64,000 bases of DNA from an uncultured delta proteobacterium (lineage in GTDB: Bacteria; Desulfobacterota; Binatia; DP-6). Below the pieces are notes generated by a model that was not told the DNA's origin, searched no databases, and saw only the letters and a list, made by a program, of their open reading frames with translations. How positions within the stretch are numbered: the first letter of the stretch is position 1; each line of letters starts with the position of its first letter. Position numbers and translations under genes: made by a program. The stretch covers positions 640,001 through 704,000 of the forward strand of contig CAWFFN010000007.1 in assembly GCA_963815115.1 (NCBI GenBank), read 5' to 3'. This document shows, in pieces, positions 63,592 to 64,000 of this stretch.

Positions 63592-63665
63592 TGGCGGCGG
63601 GCCGGATCGAACGGCCGACCTAGGGATTATGAGACCCTCGCTCTAGCCAACTGAGCTACGCCGCC
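63592..63665 (-). tRNA. tRNA-Met (CAT), probably elongator; CCA not encoded
   Basis: GGCGGCGTAGCTCAGTTGGCTAGAGCGAGGGTCTCATAATCCCTAGGTCGGCCGTTCGATCCGGCCCGCCGCCA; G1:C72 paired (not fMet); lacks the C4/C5 typical of Ile2. Confidence 0.92.
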
Positions 63666-63682
63666 GAGAGAGCGAAGCCGGG

Positions 63683-63711
63683 CACTTAGCAGTGGCGCCC
63701 TACCCCTGCAA
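63683..63711 (-). promoter_or_regulatory. Putative sigma-70 promoter of the tRNA
   Basis: TTGCAG-17 bp-TAAGTG with extended -10 TG. Confidence 0.45.
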
Positions 63712-64000
63712 CCGCTCTGGGTGTCCATGGTGGTGTCCACGTTCAGCCCTTCGCCGCCTCCACTGCCTCGGTCATGGCGAGTGCTGCCACCTTGGCGGTG
63801 CCTGCGTGATGACGTACCTCCGGTGTGCGGAGTCGGTCTTGTGCCCGGAGATGACACGCGCCGTCGAATCCGGAACACCAGCTTCGGGAGATTGGTCAGC
63901 GAAGCCGATGGACGAGCGCGACCACCAGCCAACGCTCGCTCCGCGTAGAGCACGAGAGCATCCGCCGTCGTGAGCTTCTGTCGATCATTGAAATGGCTAG

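Larger units (their letters stand above)
49433..63636. mobile_element. tRNA-Met-integrated genomic island (~14.2 kb), no integrase seen
   Basis: 45-bp direct repeats; contains a TA pair, IS elements, restriction genes and pseudogenes. Confidence 0.85.

Noticed and set aside
63607-63953. ORFs overlapping or upstream of the tRNA
   Set aside because: Overlap the tRNA and its promoter; no protein-like features
1-64000. CRISPR array, cas genes, rRNA, reverse transcriptase/retron/DGR
   Set aside because: No regularly spaced repeats or diagnostic motifs found by eye

Overview
GC-rich bacterial chromosome segment; the gene content suggests Candidatus Binatia/Deltaproteobacteria-like soil bacteria (inference). 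Bases 1-49 kb hold metabolic, regulatory and secreted-protein genes. These include a 1.4-kaa sigma-54 activator/cyclase-like/STAND/TPR fusion facing a sigma-54 promoter and methyltransferase, VapBC, two ECF sigma factors, a PadR-ABC-cis-prenyltransferase-permease operon, a decayed sulfatase cluster, a ~13 kb DUF11/isopeptide-domain surface-protein gene broken by about 12 frameshifts, and a topoisomerase IB gene with an internal amber stop. Bases 49433-63636 are a ~14.2 kb island bounded by a 45-bp direct repeat of the tRNA-Met(CAT) 3' end, with no recognisable integrase. It carries a GNAT-RHH toxin-antitoxin pair, four complete IS elements plus an IS remnant, several disrupted genes and, directly downstream of the tRNA, an integrase-less integron cassette array (two attC sites) encoding an Mrr endonuclease, a small PD-(D/E)XK nuclease and a truncated third cassette. 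Family calls come from motif recognition by eye; no database searches were run.
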